64,000 nt of DNA, taken from the NCBI GenBank assembly GCA_963845755.1, contig CAWJTV010000029.1, forward strand, positions 256,001-320,000, in the 5' to 3' direction. This DNA is from an uncultured Planctomycetota bacterium. Lineage in GTDB: Bacteria > Planctomycetota > Planctomycetia > Isosphaerales > Isosphaeraceae. The notes beneath the pieces were generated by a model, which had not been told where the DNA came from, ran no database searches, and saw nothing but the letters and a program-made list of their open reading frames with translations. This document shows positions 1 to 11,739 of the stretch, piece after piece (position 1 is the first letter of the stretch; each line of letters opens with the position of its first letter). The position numbers and the translations under genes are program-made.

Positions 1-156
1 CTGAGCTGGAGCCAGGACCTCACCGCGAGTCCCACCTCAACCGAACCGCTTGAGTTGGCGCCGAGTGTTGTCCCGCAAGGTCGCGAGAGATATCCTCATG
101 AGGGTTACCCGGATGACCCTCGTCGATCGACTCCACCTTCACGGGATGCTGCTACC

Positions 157-1209
157 ATGAAACCGCACCTCAACCTTCGAGCGAGGCTTGTCGCCGCGGC
201 GCTGGCCGCGTTTTGCGTCGGGACCGGCTTCGGGATCGTTCCACGGGCGCAGGCCCAGGAGAAGTCGAGGCGGCCGACCCTGGGCAAGATCGAGCGTCTG
301 GATCCCCGACTCGACCGGCTGGTACCTCGCGACGCGCGGGTCGAGAGGATTGCCGAGGGCTTCGACTGGTCCGAGGGGCCGGTCTGGGATTGGCGAAACA
401 AACGTCTTCTGTTCTCGGATGTCCCACGCAACACGGTCTTCCAGTGGCAGGACGGCAAGGGAGTGAGCGTCTTCCTCAAGCCGAGCGGTGCGACCGGATC
501 GTCTTCGCAGGACGGCGAGCAGGGCTCAAACGGGCTGCTGATGGACCGTCAGGGCCGTTTGGTCCTCTGTCAGCACGGCGATCGTCGCGTGGCGCGTTGG
601 GAGTCGGGCCAGAAGTTCACGACCCTGGCCGACAAGTACATGGGTAAGCGGCTCAACAGCCCGAATGACGCCGTGTTCAAGTGGAACGGTGATCTCTACT
701 TCACCGATCCGCCTTATGGCTTGAAGGGCTTGAACGCGTCTCCGGCCAAGGAGCTCGCGTTCAGCGGAGTCTATCGGCTCTCCGCCGCGGACGGCACACT
801 GACGTTGCTGACCAAGGAGCTGACCTTCCCCAACGGGATTGCCTTCTCGCCCGACGAGAAGACGCTCTACGTGGCCAATTCCGACCTCAGCAGGGCGATC
901 TGGATGGCCTTCCCGGTCAAGGACGATGGAACCCTCGGTCGAGGCAAGGTCTTCGCCGACGTGACCAGGTCGGTGCCGTCCAAGAGAGGCGTGCCGGATG
1001 GCATGAAAGTGGACGCCTCGGGAAACCTGTTCGCGACCGGCCCGGGTGGCATCCTGGTCTTCGCGCCCGACGGGACCCATCTCGGCACCTTCGCCACCGG
1101 CCAGGCGACGGCCAACTGCGCCTGGGGCGAGGATGGCTCGGTCCTGTATATCACGGCCGACATGTATCTCGGTCGCGTGCAGTTGACCACCAAGGGGATC
1201 GGATTCTGA
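157..1209 (+). CDS. Secreted SMP-30/gluconolactonase family protein
   Basis: Signal peptide from ATG157; motifs WSEGPVW, LNSPND, FTDPPYG, FPNGIAFSPD, PDGMKVD. Confidence 0.9.
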   Translation: MKPHLNLRARLVAAALAAFCVGTGFGIVPRAQAQEKSRRPTLGKIERLDPRLDRLVPRDARVERIAEGFDWSEGPVWDWRNKRLLFSDVPRNTVFQWQDGKGVSVFLKPSGATGSSSQDGEQGSNGLLMDRQGRLVLCQHGDRRVARWESGQKFTTLADKYMGKRLNSPNDAVFKWNGDLYFTDPPYGLKGLNASPAKELAFSGVYRLSAADGTLTLLTKELTFPNGIAFSPDEKTLYVANSDLSRAIWMAFPVKDDGTLGRGKVFADVTRSVPSKRGVPDGMKVDASGNLFATGPGGILVFAPDGTHLGTFATGQATANCAWGEDGSVLYITADMYLGRVQLTTKGIGF

Positions 1210-1279
1210 CTCTGTCGCCCCAGCTCGGTGCCCCGCTGGCGGCTGGATGACTCGAACAACTCGATCTGATGAGAGAATC

Positions 1280-1861
1280 ATGCCGGCGAACATCCCCCTG
1301 ATCCTCCACGCGGTCCTCGAAGATTACGCCCTTCCCCGGGGCGGCGATCACGGCGTCGCCCACTGGGCGAGGGTGCTGGAGAACGGGCTTCGCATGGCCG
1401 AGGAGACCGGGGCCGACGTCGAGGTCGTCCGGTTGTTCGCCGTATTGCACGATTCCCGGCGGCTCAATGAGGGTACGGACCCCGACCACGGACCCCGTGC
1501 CGCCGAGTTCGCCCGTGAGCTCCTCGGGCGGCTGTTCGACCTGCCCAAGCGCGAGTTCCGCCTGCTCCATCGAGCCTGTGCCGGGCATACGCACGAGCGG
1601 ACGCATCCCGACGTCACGATCCAGACCTGCTGGGACGCCGACCGCCTGGACCTCGGTCGGGTCGGGATCACTCCGGACCCGAGCTACCTCTGCACCGAGG
1701 CGGCGAGGCGGGCTGCGATGATCGAGTGGGCTGACGGCCGGGCGACCTTCGGAGTCGTCCCGGCGTTCGTGCGGGAGGAGTGGGGAATCGACCTGGAGGA
1801 CGACCCTCGTCGGAGGTTACGCGTCGCTCGCGGCGACTTTCGAGCCATCCGCGACCGGTGA
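1280..1861 (+). CDS. HD-domain protein
   Basis: HGVAHWARV, VLHDSRR, DHG, CWDADRLDL motifs. Confidence 0.85.
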   Translation: MPANIPLILHAVLEDYALPRGGDHGVAHWARVLENGLRMAEETGADVEVVRLFAVLHDSRRLNEGTDPDHGPRAAEFARELLGRLFDLPKREFRLLHRACAGHTHERTHPDVTIQTCWDADRLDLGRVGITPDPSYLCTEAARRAAMIEWADGRATFGVVPAFVREEWGIDLEDDPRRRLRVARGDFRAIRDR

Positions 1862-4800
1862 TGGCCGCCTCGCGAGACGCTCGCCGAGATCTCGAAGCCA
1901 TTCCTCGGTCGGGAGTCCATAAGGGCGGAACTTCTCGAGGCGGTTTTGCTCCTCGCTGTGGAACAGCGCGCGATGGTTGCCGAGCTTGCTGGCGGTCGGG
2001 GTGTCGAGCATGTGACCGGAGTCGGTGGGACTCATCTGGAACAGGACCCGCATTTCGAATTCCCGGAGGATCTGGTGGGTGAAGTGCCGGTTGAGGTTGT
2101 TTACGGTGTCACACCACGCGATGATATGCACGCCCAGGCCGGCCCCCTCGCGGAGGATCAGGTCCAGATGATCGGCCGGTCCGGCATCGTCGTCGCGTCG
2201 CGAGAAGCTGAAATCATCCTCCTTGCGGCGGAGATCGCGGAACCGAGGCAGGTCGTGGATGAAGAGGAACAGCTCGGGACCGTCGCCGCCGGCCTCTTGA
2301 CGCCTCTGGATTTCGGCGGCCACCTCGGAGAGGATCCGGCCGGTATCGCGCCAGCCGCCGACTTCGACTCCGTGAGGCAACACCGCGGCCATGCGCGCGA
2401 GGGCCCCGGACTGAGGATGGTCCTCGGGCGTGCCGTCGAGGATGAAGAAGCGGGCCCCCGATCGCACGGTCGCCGGCCCGGCGGGCGGGAACTGTGCCGC
2501 CAGGCTCAGGAGGACCGAGGTGATCACTCCAAGCGCCGACTCGTCGTTCTGACCGACGATCAAGAGGTGATTACCACCCAGCCGGCGGAACAGGGCCGAG
2601 GTCGGGTCCTTGATCGCAATCGCGTCGCCCAGCCACGCCTGGGCCGAGCGCAAGGAGGGTGTCCACGCCGGGGGAACCAGGTGCTCGCGTAGCAGTGGAT
2701 TGAGGGCCAGGTTTGCCGGTGCATCGCCTTCGAAGACGATCGGCGTGCGCGACAGGACCGGTTTGCGTTCGCGCGCCAGTTCGTGGAGCCGCTCGAGGTA
2801 CCACTCGCGCCGCTCGTCGGAGAGCCAGACGACCTGAAAGAACTGGTTGGCCTCCGGCGCGCCGTTGGCGTTGTTGTAGATCGCCTCGCCGGGACGCGAG
2901 AGCATTTTCGGGGCAACGTTCGTCTCGCCGAGGATGAGGTGGGCGTCGGTCTCGCTGCACTGGAGTCGCGATCCGGACCGCCATCTGGCCGAGCGTGCTC
3001 CGACCCAGGCTCTGGGCGCCGCTCAAGCTCTGAGACCCCAGGAGCACATGGACGCCAAACGCCCGGCCTTGACGAACCAGGCGGTCGAGCCACAATGCGG
3101 CTTCCTGTGCCAGCTTGTCCTCCTCGACGAAGAACTCCTGGAACTCGTCCACGACCAGGAGGATCCGTGGGAGCGGGGGCGTACCGGGTGCGTTCCGATA
3201 GCCGTTGATGTCTTGCACGCCGGCATCGCGGAACCGGTCGGCGCGCAGGCGGAGCTCGGCATCCAGGCGCTGCAAGACGCTGAGCCCGAACTCGCGCTCG
3301 CTCTCGATCGCCACGACGCTGGCGTGCGGCAACTCGTGGGTCGCATAGACCTTGAACTCGACGCCTTTCTTGAAGTCGATCAGGTACAGGTCGATCTCGT
3401 CGGGGCTGTAGTTCAAGGCGATGTTGACGATGAGCGCGTGCATCAAAGTCGATTTGCCGGAGCCGGTACGGCCGGCAACCAGGACGTGCTGGGAGGTGCC
3501 GTGGCCCAGCTCGAGATGTTGTCGCTTGGTCGCCCCCGACTTGCCGAGCGGCACGTCGATCTCGCCCCGGCTGTCCTGTGTCCACCAGGCGTCGTTGGGC
3601 GGAGCGATGAACTCGAAGGGGACCTCGACGCGCTTGGCGTCCTTCGCCGCGGCGCCGACGCGCTGGATCTCCCGCGTCGCGAAGTCGGCGGGGGGCGGCG
3701 AGTCGAGCATCAGGGGGTATCGTCCGAAATCGCGTTCGTCCCAGACCAGGCGCGACCCGTCCCACGTCAGGCGTTCACAGTACGGCTGGAGGTCGCTCAT
3801 CGCGAAGTCCGCCGGGAGCGGCTTGGACTGGTCGATGGCGATCAGGATGAGGACGCCGCAGGGAATGCCCCCGGCGGCGATCGCCGCCAGGCGTCCGGCA
3901 GACTTCTCGTCGAAGCGGGTGGGGAAGTCGGCGACGACCAGCACGCGGTACGGCTCGGCGACCTCGCCGGCCACGGCGTTGTACTCCTCGAGCGTGGCGT
4001 ACTCGTTCCGGAGATACTTCTGGGTCACCATCTCCATGTGGGTCGTCAGGTCGGCCAGACGCTCGTCAATCTGGCGGGCGTCGGTCCAGACCTGGTTGGT
4101 CACCAGGGCCCCATCGTAGTCGGCGAGGTGCATGAAGGCCCCGAAATTCCTGCCGATGCCGATCGGATCGACGATCGTGAAGCGGACCTGGCCGGGTGGC
4201 AGGCTCGTCAGCATGCGGAACATCGATGCCTGGAGGACCTTCAGAGCCTCCTGCCGGCCTTCGGGAGGGGTGACGATGAGCAGGTTGGCCGCGGAAGGGA
4301 ATGTGCAAAGTGCCGGCAGGTCAAACCGAGATGGCAAGTTCTCCATCAAGCGGGCGTCGGCCGGAAGCCCGCCCGGCAACTTGGCCATGTCGAGCGGGAT
4401 CTCGCCCATGCGGAGCACCGGCGGGAGCACCTGGGGGAGTGACCGGCTCGGCCAGACCGGGTCGTCCCAGGCCGGACAGTAGCCGGCGGTCTCGCGACGG
4501 ATCGCTTCGACCTCCGCCGCGGCCGCCTGCATCCCGCTCCGCCAGGACTCGGCCATGTCGCGCCAGGAGGTCTCGTGGTGGGACCGGATCTGGTCCTTGA
4601 GCGTCTGGTACTTCTCCTCGAGCCGGCGCGACCTCGCCTCGGCCTGAGTTTTGAGCTCGGCCATCAGCCGGTCGTGCTCCGTGATGGCGTCGCGCAAGAT
4701 TGCGTTGCTGGGCCGTCTGCACGTTCAACCATGCGCGTGGCGTACACCTCATTGATCTTGCGGAGGCGCTCGTCGCGCTGGGCTTCGGCGGCGCGAAACG

Positions 4801-5827
4801 CCTTGGCGTAATTGGCTTCGACCTTCTTCAGGTCTTCTTCGCGACGCGCGGAGAGAACCTGCCGTGCGTCCTTGAGCCGGTCGTCGACCAGTCCACGACA
4901 ATAGAGTGCAAGGTTATCGGAGTCGGCCAGCGAGTGCATGAGCGGCACGTAGAGCCGTTCGAGCTGGGCTCTTGAGAGCTTGACGAGCCAGATTCGAAGC
5001 AGCACGGCGACGGCCGCGCCGGCGGCCGCGCCGACGACCATCTCGGGGAGTTTGCCGCCGGCCAGCACGGCGGCCGCGACCATGAGGAGGATGACGACGA
5101 CGTAGATCCAGATCTCGTTCTGCCCCTTGAGCACCTTGGGGATGAAGAGACTTTCGAGCAGCTTGAGGGGGCCGTCCATCCGGGAGAGGCGGTTGAACAG
5201 CTCGTCGACCGGGTCGTCGAACTTGGAGTAATTCTCCTCGGAGGGTATCGGCGCCTCGGTGTTGAGCTTGACCTTCGCGTAGTCGGCGGCGATGGTCGCG
5301 AGCCGGCCACGGTGGCCGTCGGCCATCCGCATCAGGTCGAGGATCGGCTTGACCCCGGCGGAGTGTTCCTGGACCGCCTTGGCCTGGCCCTTCTCGAAGT
5401 TGCCGGCAACCTCGCTCTTGCCCCGATTGGCATCGTTCCTGGTCCCCTCGCGGGCTCGGTCGAAGTCCTGGGCGATCTTCCGGCTTGAGGAGGCGAACTC
5501 ATTCTTGGCCTCGGCCTCACCCCGCATCGTCTCCTCGACGATCGCCCGCCGGCGCTCTACGTCGGCCGAGCGCGCATCCCGATCCGACTGCTCGAACTTC
5601 TCCTGTCGATTCCGGCGTGCTTTCTGGTACTCGGCATCGGCCGTGGCGGCGGCGGTGGCTCGAGTCTCCTCCACCTTGGCCTCGGCGCCGGCGCGCTCGG
5701 ACACCAGCCGGAGAATTTCCCGGAGCGCGGCGCGCTCGCGCCTCAGCAATTCGGGCTGGGAGTCCGGCAAGGGGGCGGGGCCGGCATCCGGCACGGAGAT
5801 GGTTTCCACAGAAGTCGTGATGCTCAC
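1817..5827 (-). CDS. FtsK/SpoIIIE-family multi-domain ATPase (EccC/EssC-like), split by two frameshifts (~4700, ~2965)
   Basis: N-terminal coiled coil and TM pair; Walker A GRTGSGKS, IDFKKGVEF, Walker B LLVVDEFQ, RQGRAFGVH; degenerate ATPase-like domains before and after; GTG start overlaps the upstream stop (GTGA). Confidence 0.85.
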
Positions 5828-6063
5828 AGGATTTCGCTCCGGTCGGAACAGTCGCGGCGGACCTGATCGAGGATCTCGGCGATCTTCTGAATTCCGTTGA
5901 CGGCCGAATCGACCGCCGACTCCAGGGGAAGCAGGTAGCGTTCCTCGAATCGATGGCGGACCGAGTCGCTCCAGGTCGCCTCGGTGATCAGCCACTGATC
6001 GCGGAGGAGACGGGCGCACTGGCCCAGACGAGTCGAGCCGGCGAGGACCTTGGCGTTCGGCAT
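5824..6063 (-). CDS. WXG100-like small helical protein (central W-S-D)
   Basis: 79 aa, helix-turn-helix pattern with central TWSDSVRHRFEERYL; coupled to the FtsK gene. Confidence 0.6.
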   Translation of the reverse strand: MPNAKVLAGSTRLGQCARLLRDQWLITEATWSDSVRHRFEERYLLPLESAVDSAVNGIQKIAEILDQVRRDCSDRSEIL

Positions 6064-6121
6064 GTTGCATCACCCCGATCGGATTTCAAAAGAAGCAGGC
6101 TGACCGCCTCGGCACGGGTCT

Positions 6122-6814
6122 TCACTCGGCCGCCCCGGCGCCCTCTGCCTGGTCGTCGGTGGCCGATGCCTCGGCTTCATCGGGCGCAGGCGGTGCCTCG
6201 GATTCGCTGGCCTCGGGGACCCGAGCGGCTGGGCTCGTGGCGGCCGGGGCCTCGGCGATCATCCTCGTCGCGATCGATTCCAGCTCGGCCGAGGCTCGGA
6301 TCGGCCCCGACTCCAGCCCGGTCCCCGAGGGCGGCTGGATACGGAGGTAGGCCTCCAGGGCATCGACCAGCTTGGAGAGCAGATCGACGGCGGCCGGGAG
6401 ATCCGCGCCCGCCGCGTCCTTGAGCCGCTGCACGCTCCCGTGGTATTCGAGCACGGCATGCTGGAGCTTGGGCTGCCACTTCCTGACCATGGTGAGCCGT
6501 TTCTCGGCGTCTTGCAAGCTGGCTTCCGCCTTGCGGAGGTTTTCCTTCTGCTCACTCATCGGGGGGGTGTAGTCCGGTCGCTTCTGGAGGTTCTTGCGAA
6601 AGACCTCCGCGCGGGCCTGGGAGACCAGCTCACGGCGCCGTTTGATCTGATCCTGCCAGTAGGCCGGCCGCTCCTGCTCGAGCCAGCGAACCGTGCGACG
6701 AACCTCCGCCTCGATGGCACCCAGCGCGCCCAGCGTGTCGTCGCTGTAAAGGGCGAGGGCGACCCGAAAGTCCTTGAGTGCATCGACTGAATGAACCGTG
6801 GCTTGGGAGCTCAT
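6122..6814 (-). CDS. Helical/coiled-coil protein of the FtsK operon
   Basis: SSQATVHSVDALKDFRVAL start, long amphipathic helices, low-complexity tail; first gene of the co-oriented trio. Confidence 0.7.
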   Translation of the reverse strand: MSSQATVHSVDALKDFRVALALYSDDTLGALGAIEAEVRRTVRWLEQERPAYWQDQIKRRRELVSQARAEVFRKNLQKRPDYTPPMSEQKENLRKAEASLQDAEKRLTMVRKWQPKLQHAVLEYHGSVQRLKDAAGADLPAAVDLLSKLVDALEAYLRIQPPSGTGLESGPIRASAELESIATRMIAEAPAATSPAARVPEASESEAPPAPDEAEASATDDQAEGAGAAE

Positions 6815-7041
6815 CGCGTTGTTCCCGTACCGTGGCCAGTAGCGTCATCCGACCCCTAGAAACCTCGACATGCCTGCATGGCCGAGACTATCAGAGACTC
6901 CATGAGCTGTAAAGGATGATGTCCAGGACGATAGCGATTGAGACAGCATCCATGATGGCTTGGCCCTCATGGATTCATGGATCAACACGTACAAGCGATT
7001 CGATCCACAAGATCGTGGATTCGATTTCGCGGATTCGGCCC

Positions 7042-8516
7042 TCAGTCCGAGGTCGAGGCGACCGCCTTGGAGGGATGGACGACCGCCGGGGCGACGTCCG
7101 GCGACGGCGCCGAGGGCAGGCGGACCACGAAGCGGCTGCCCCGATCCGGCTCGCTCTCCACGGAGATCGTGCCGCCGTGGGTCTCGGCGATGCGCCGGGC
7201 GACCGCCAGGCCCAGCCCGACCCCCGCGCGGCCGAGCCGTCGGGCCGACTCGGCGCGATAGAACGGCTCGAAGACGCGCGGGAGGTCCTCGGCCGGGATG
7301 CCGCAGCCGCGGTCCTCCACCGACATCGCGACGGCGCCGGGTTCGCACCAGGTGCGGACGAGGATCGGTGTGCCCGGTCCGCTGTACTTGCACGCGTTTT
7401 CGAGCAAGTTGTCCAGCAACTGGCCGAGCAGCGGCCGGTGCGCCCGGGTCCAGAACGGGCCACCGTCGCAACCTTCGAAGTGCAGGTCGGCCGCCCGCCC
7501 GCGGCCGGACCAGGCGCGGAGATGGTCGGCGGCCCAGGCGGCCAGATCGAGGCGTTCCAGGTTGGGCAGCTCCGCCTCGGCGTCGGCCCGAGCGAGGAAC
7601 AGCAGCGCCTCGACGACTCGCCAGAGCCGGACGGCGTCGTCGTGGAGCTGGTCCAGGACGCGCTCATGGTCCTCGACGGTGCGCGGGCGGCGCGCGGGCG
7701 ACCTCGATCGCGGCGATCAGGGCGGCCAGCGGAGTGCGGAGCTGGTGCGACGCCTGGCCGGTGAACTGCCGCTGCCGCTCCAACGCCACGTGGAGGCGGT
7801 CGAGGAGCCCGTTGAAACTGCCGGCGAAGTCCTCCAGTTCATCGCGCGTCCCGGGGCTGGGCAGCCGGCAGTCGTCGAAGGGCATGGTGCGGGCCGACTC
7901 GGCCATCATCGTCAGCGGGGCGAGGGCACGTCGGCCGAAATGACGGCCGATCGCCGCGGCCAGCACCCAGAGGCCGATGGAGATCAGCGGCAGGATGGCC
8001 GCCAGCGACCGGATCTCGGCCTCCACCGGCTCGAGCGAGGCCCATGCGGCCAGCACTCGGGGCGAGCGCTCGCGGCCTGGCCCGCCGCCTTTGCGCTCCT
8101 CCCGCGCCGGCGGCCTCGGGCGACGTTCCTTGCCCCGGGCCTCGGCCGGCCCGCGACCGCGGCGTCCGCCGCCGATCGGCCGCGCGAGGACCCGCCATCG
8201 CAGGCCGTCCGGACCCTGGATCGTCGTCGCCACGTCCACCGCGATCGGGCCGAGGTCGCGGCCATCGAGGACCATCGGCCGACCGGCGACCGGCGCCGCC
8301 CTCGATCCTCCGTCCCTCGTCGTAAATGGCCCAGGTCACGCGGCCGGTCTCGACCTCGGGGCGATCCGGGAAGCGGTCCAGCGTCGCCTCCAGCTCCTGG
8401 TCCAGGGCGAGCCGCAGGCGCAGCCCGGCGAGGAAGTACAGGCACGCGGAGAACCCGCCGAGGGCCAGCGCCAGCGCCACGAGGAACGCGACCGAGACGC
8501 GCGTGACCAGGCTCAT
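7042..8516 (-). CDS. Sensor histidine kinase (HAMP-HisKA-HATPase), frameshifted
   Basis: N-terminal TM, DELEDFAGSFN HAMP, ASHQLRTPL H-box, NLLENACKYS, DRGCGI, GVGLGL across three or more frames. Confidence 0.9.
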
Positions 8517-9213
8517 GGGTCCTCCTCGGCCGCCGGGTGCGGCGGATCGCCGAGCCGGTAGCCCCGGCCCCGTACCGTCTGGATCAGCCGCGAGCCCCGC
8601 GCCTCCAACGACCGGCGCAAGGATACGATGTGGACGTCCAGTGTGTTGGAGACGAAGTCGAAGACCTCGCCCCAGACGTGCCCGTAGATCCGCGCCCGCG
8701 ACAGGATCTCGTCGGGATGCCGGAGGAAGAAGACCAGCAGGGCGAACTCCTTGGCCGTCAGGTCCAGGGGATGGCCGGCCCGCTCGGCCTTCTGCGCCGC
8801 CAGGTCCACGCGTACGTCGCGATAGGAGAGCGTCATGACCTCGACCGGGCGCCCGCGCCGGATCAGAGCCCGGCGCGGGCCAGCAGCTCCTCGAAGGCGA
8901 ACGGCTTGCAGACGTAGTCGTCGGCGCCGCCGTCGAGGCCGCGCACCCGGTCGCTGACCGCGTCGCGCGCCGTGAGGAAGAGAACGGGCGTGGTCCCGCC
9001 CTCGCGACGATGGCCCTTCAGGACCGCCAGGCCGTCCGGGCCGGGCAGCCACCAGTCGAGGATGACGAGGTCCCAGTCGCCGGACCTCAGCGCCTCCCGG
9101 GCCGCATCGCCGTCGGCGGCGTGCGCGACGGTGAAGCCCTCGTCCGACAGCCCGTCGACGATCGATCGGGCGAGGCTCGCGTCGTCCTCGATCACCAGAA
9201 CCCGGCCCGCCAC
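8513..9213 (-). CDS. OmpR-family response regulator, frameshifted near 8870
   Basis: VLVIEDD, ILDWWLPGPDG, LTARD, KPF; winged helix LTAKEFALL...DVHIVSLRR...TVRGRGY. Start approximate (GTG9213 after GGAGGAG). Confidence 0.9.
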
Positions 9214-9309
9214 GACAACTCCTCCCATCCCGCGACCTCTCACGATCCGATGAGCGCAACGATCGTATTTCAGCACAATCGGCCGGGCCGTGGGAGTCGC
9301 GAGCGCGAG

Positions 9310-9327
9310 GATGAAGCGGAATTTAGG
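9310..9327 (+). promoter_or_regulatory. Putative OmpR-type direct-repeat box (ATGAAG-N5-TTTAGG); related copies at 10253, 11572, 13709
   Basis: Four intergenic copies with half-sites 11 bp apart. Confidence 0.5.
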
Positions 9328-9510
9328 AAAAATGCTTTCCGGTCTCGAATGCCTTGCTGATACCGTTAGTGTGTCCGCGGGGATCTCCTGAGACCTCGCG
9401 AAAGCCCGATAGAACGGACTCGATTGAGTCCTCCCCACCATGGCCCGCGAGGCCCGCCGAAGGCCAGGTGCGGACCTCCGAGTTCCACAGTGATTGGAGA
9501 GCACAAACCG

Positions 9511-9720
9511 ATGAACGGTTCGACAAGTCGGATCGCGTCCTGTGTCACTCCCGTGTTGCTGTTCGCTGTCGCCGAAGGAGCCCAATAGCCTGACGGCAGC
9601 CCGTTCGACCGGTTCGACGAGGTCGACAAGACCGAAGATGGCTTCGGCAGAAAGCCTACTGATCCCCTCGTGATCGAGTCGGCAAGGCGACGCGAAGATC
9701 ACCCTCCGCTTAAAGGGATC
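9511..9720 (+). pseudogene. Remnant of a secreted, possibly EF-hand, protein
   Basis: RBS and ATG9511, signal-like segment, in-frame TAG at 9586, then PFDRFDEVDKTEDG. Confidence 0.3.
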
Positions 9721-9723
9721 TCT

Positions 9724-10077
9724 ATGTTCGAGCAAGCTGAGCGCACGATTGACTATGTCGGCAATCTACCACCCGCGGCAGTCATCGGAGCATTGCTCCT
9801 GGCTTTCGTCATTGCTCTGACGGCCGTCGGCGTCTATCGCTGGCTAGCGGGACGCAAACCGGACGCCTTGATGCTGCTGGTGTGCCTGGTCCTCCTGGGA
9901 AACCTCGCGTGTACTCTGGCTGCTGTCGGCTTCGTCCAGTCGACGGTGCCGACGATCCGCCTGATCGAACGGCGCGGCCGGCCTCCGCGAGACCGAATCA
10001 TGAACGTGTACGACCACGTCGCCAAGCCCGACGCCCCGATCGGGCCAGATGGTTCCTCGGCCCGACACTCCCGATGA
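9724..10077 (+). CDS. Small membrane protein (2 TM)
   Basis: Two hydrophobic helices. Confidence 0.6.
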   Translation: MFEQAERTIDYVGNLPPAAVIGALLLAFVIALTAVGVYRWLAGRKPDALMLLVCLVLLGNLACTLAAVGFVQSTVPTIRLIERRGRPPRDRIMNVYDHVAKPDAPIGPDGSSARHSR

Positions 10078-10531
10078 ACCGCGCGCATCGCCGATCCGCA
10101 CGATCAGGACACCGACATCTCCGATGACAACACGACCAGCCGATCGGAGGGAGGCGAGTTCGACCAATGAAGCGGGTATTAGGTGCGGGGCTGACGGTCC
10201 AGTCTGGAGTGGACCGGCATGATTCCGCGGCCGGTTCTTCCCGAGAGCGAAGATGAAGCGGAGTTCTCGGAGCGGCACGGTTCAACATCGTCATCGGTAT
10301 GCGCCGCAGGCCTGAGCGGCCCGCTGGGCGGTTCCGGCCCGTTGCATGAATGAAAACGCTCTCACGAAGAAGAACGTCCTCAGCGAGTGCGCCGCGGAAT
10401 TCAAGGCCCAAGTCGTCGTCGGCTAGCGGTTCCTGCTGGAGCGATGTATCCGAAGTTGCCAGTGATGACCGCCGACCTCCCGTGGCGAAACAATGGCTCA
10501 GACCTAACGCGGCCTCCGGCCGCAACCCCAT

Positions 10532-10615
10532 CGGGATTCCCGATTCGCGATCCCGGATTCCCGAAGGGGAATGATTCCGGAATCGGGAATCTCGAATCCG
10601 GAATTCGGAATCCCC
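10532..10615. repeat. GATTCNN heptamer array followed by inverted GAATCNN array
   Basis: ggattcc cgattcg cgatccc ggattcc ... gaatcgg gaatctc gaatccg gaattcg gaatccc. Confidence 0.75.
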
Positions 10616-10689
10616 AGATGCACGCACGGCGCGAGGATCCTACGGAGGACGACTCGAATGCGTATACCCTGGAATGAAAGCCAAGGCTG

Positions 10690-11349
10690 ATGACCGCTAG
10701 ACCGATCGAGCTATTGTCGCGGGCGCGCCAGGGTGAGACCGAGGCGTTGGGCGAGTTGTGCGCCTTGTATCGGGATTATCTGCGGATGCGGGTCCGCTCC
10801 GGCCTGGGACGCCGGTTGCGCGAACGAGTCGAGGTGTCGGACGTGGTCCAGGAGGTACTCGTGGAAGTCGTCCGGCAGTTCCCTCAGTTTACGGGTCAGA
10901 ACGATGCGGCCGTCGTGGGATGGTTGCGGCGGCTGGTCTGCCAAAAGTTGGCCGACCTGGGCCGGTACCATTGCCGGACCAAACGGGCAGGGAACGCGAT
11001 GGCCCTGCCGCTGGATGTCGTTCCCGAGAGTGGGGGCCTGGCCGGCAACGAGAGGGGGCGGTCTCTCGAGGGGCTGGCCCTGAGCCAGACCAGCCCAAGC
11101 CAGGTGGTCAGCAAGCGCGAGCAGTTCGACCTGTTGGCCGATGCCCTCTCTGGCCTGGCCGAGCAGGAGGCTGACGTCCTGTGGTTCTACTTTGCCGAGA
11201 ACCTGACGTTCGAGGCGATCGGCCAGCGGCTAAACCTAAGCCGGAAATCGGTCAGCCGGATCGTCGCCCACGGTTTGAAGAAACTGAAACGCTCGCTGGA
11301 AGGGCCGCCCGGTGGCGCCCTGAGGTACGACGAAAGTCCAGCGTGCTGA
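10690..11349 (+). CDS. ECF sigma-70 factor, planctomycete type
   Basis: LLSRARQGE..ALGEL, SDVVQEV, GWLRR, TSPSQ, C-terminal HTH. Confidence 0.9.
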   Translation: MTARPIELLSRARQGETEALGELCALYRDYLRMRVRSGLGRRLRERVEVSDVVQEVLVEVVRQFPQFTGQNDAAVVGWLRRLVCQKLADLGRYHCRTKRAGNAMALPLDVVPESGGLAGNERGRSLEGLALSQTSPSQVVSKREQFDLLADALSGLAEQEADVLWFYFAENLTFEAIGQRLNLSRKSVSRIVAHGLKKLKRSLEGPPGGALRYDESPAC

Positions 11350-11739
11350 CATCTCGGTCGATCGCCGCTTCGGAGCCGAACGCCCATACCCGGTTTGCCG
11401 GCTATCGACTCAGGGACTTCTGCGAAAAACGCGAACTGCGTTCGGGCGAGTCCTCGGGCGGGCCGGAAACGACGCATCGATCGGCGGGCCGGGCCGGTGT
11501 CCGCGTCCGGCCGTCACGGTCCGGACCGGACCGGCACGAGCCCGCGCCTGGGGCGGCCCGAGGTGCGCCCGATGAAGGGGAATTTAGGTTTAGGAGCAGC
11601 CCGAGGGGGGGCTCATGTCGCCTCTCTCAGGCACGGGTCGCCGCCCGATGATCGTCGCGAGGGCTCGCGACGCGACGCGGCTCGCCACCCGACTTGCGTG
11701 CATCCCTCAATCCGAGACCCGAACAGGAGTTGACTTCCC

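Noticed and set aside
10346..10426. IS3-like AEFKAQVV peptide
   Set aside because: Too short, with no inverted repeats or further transposase sequence.
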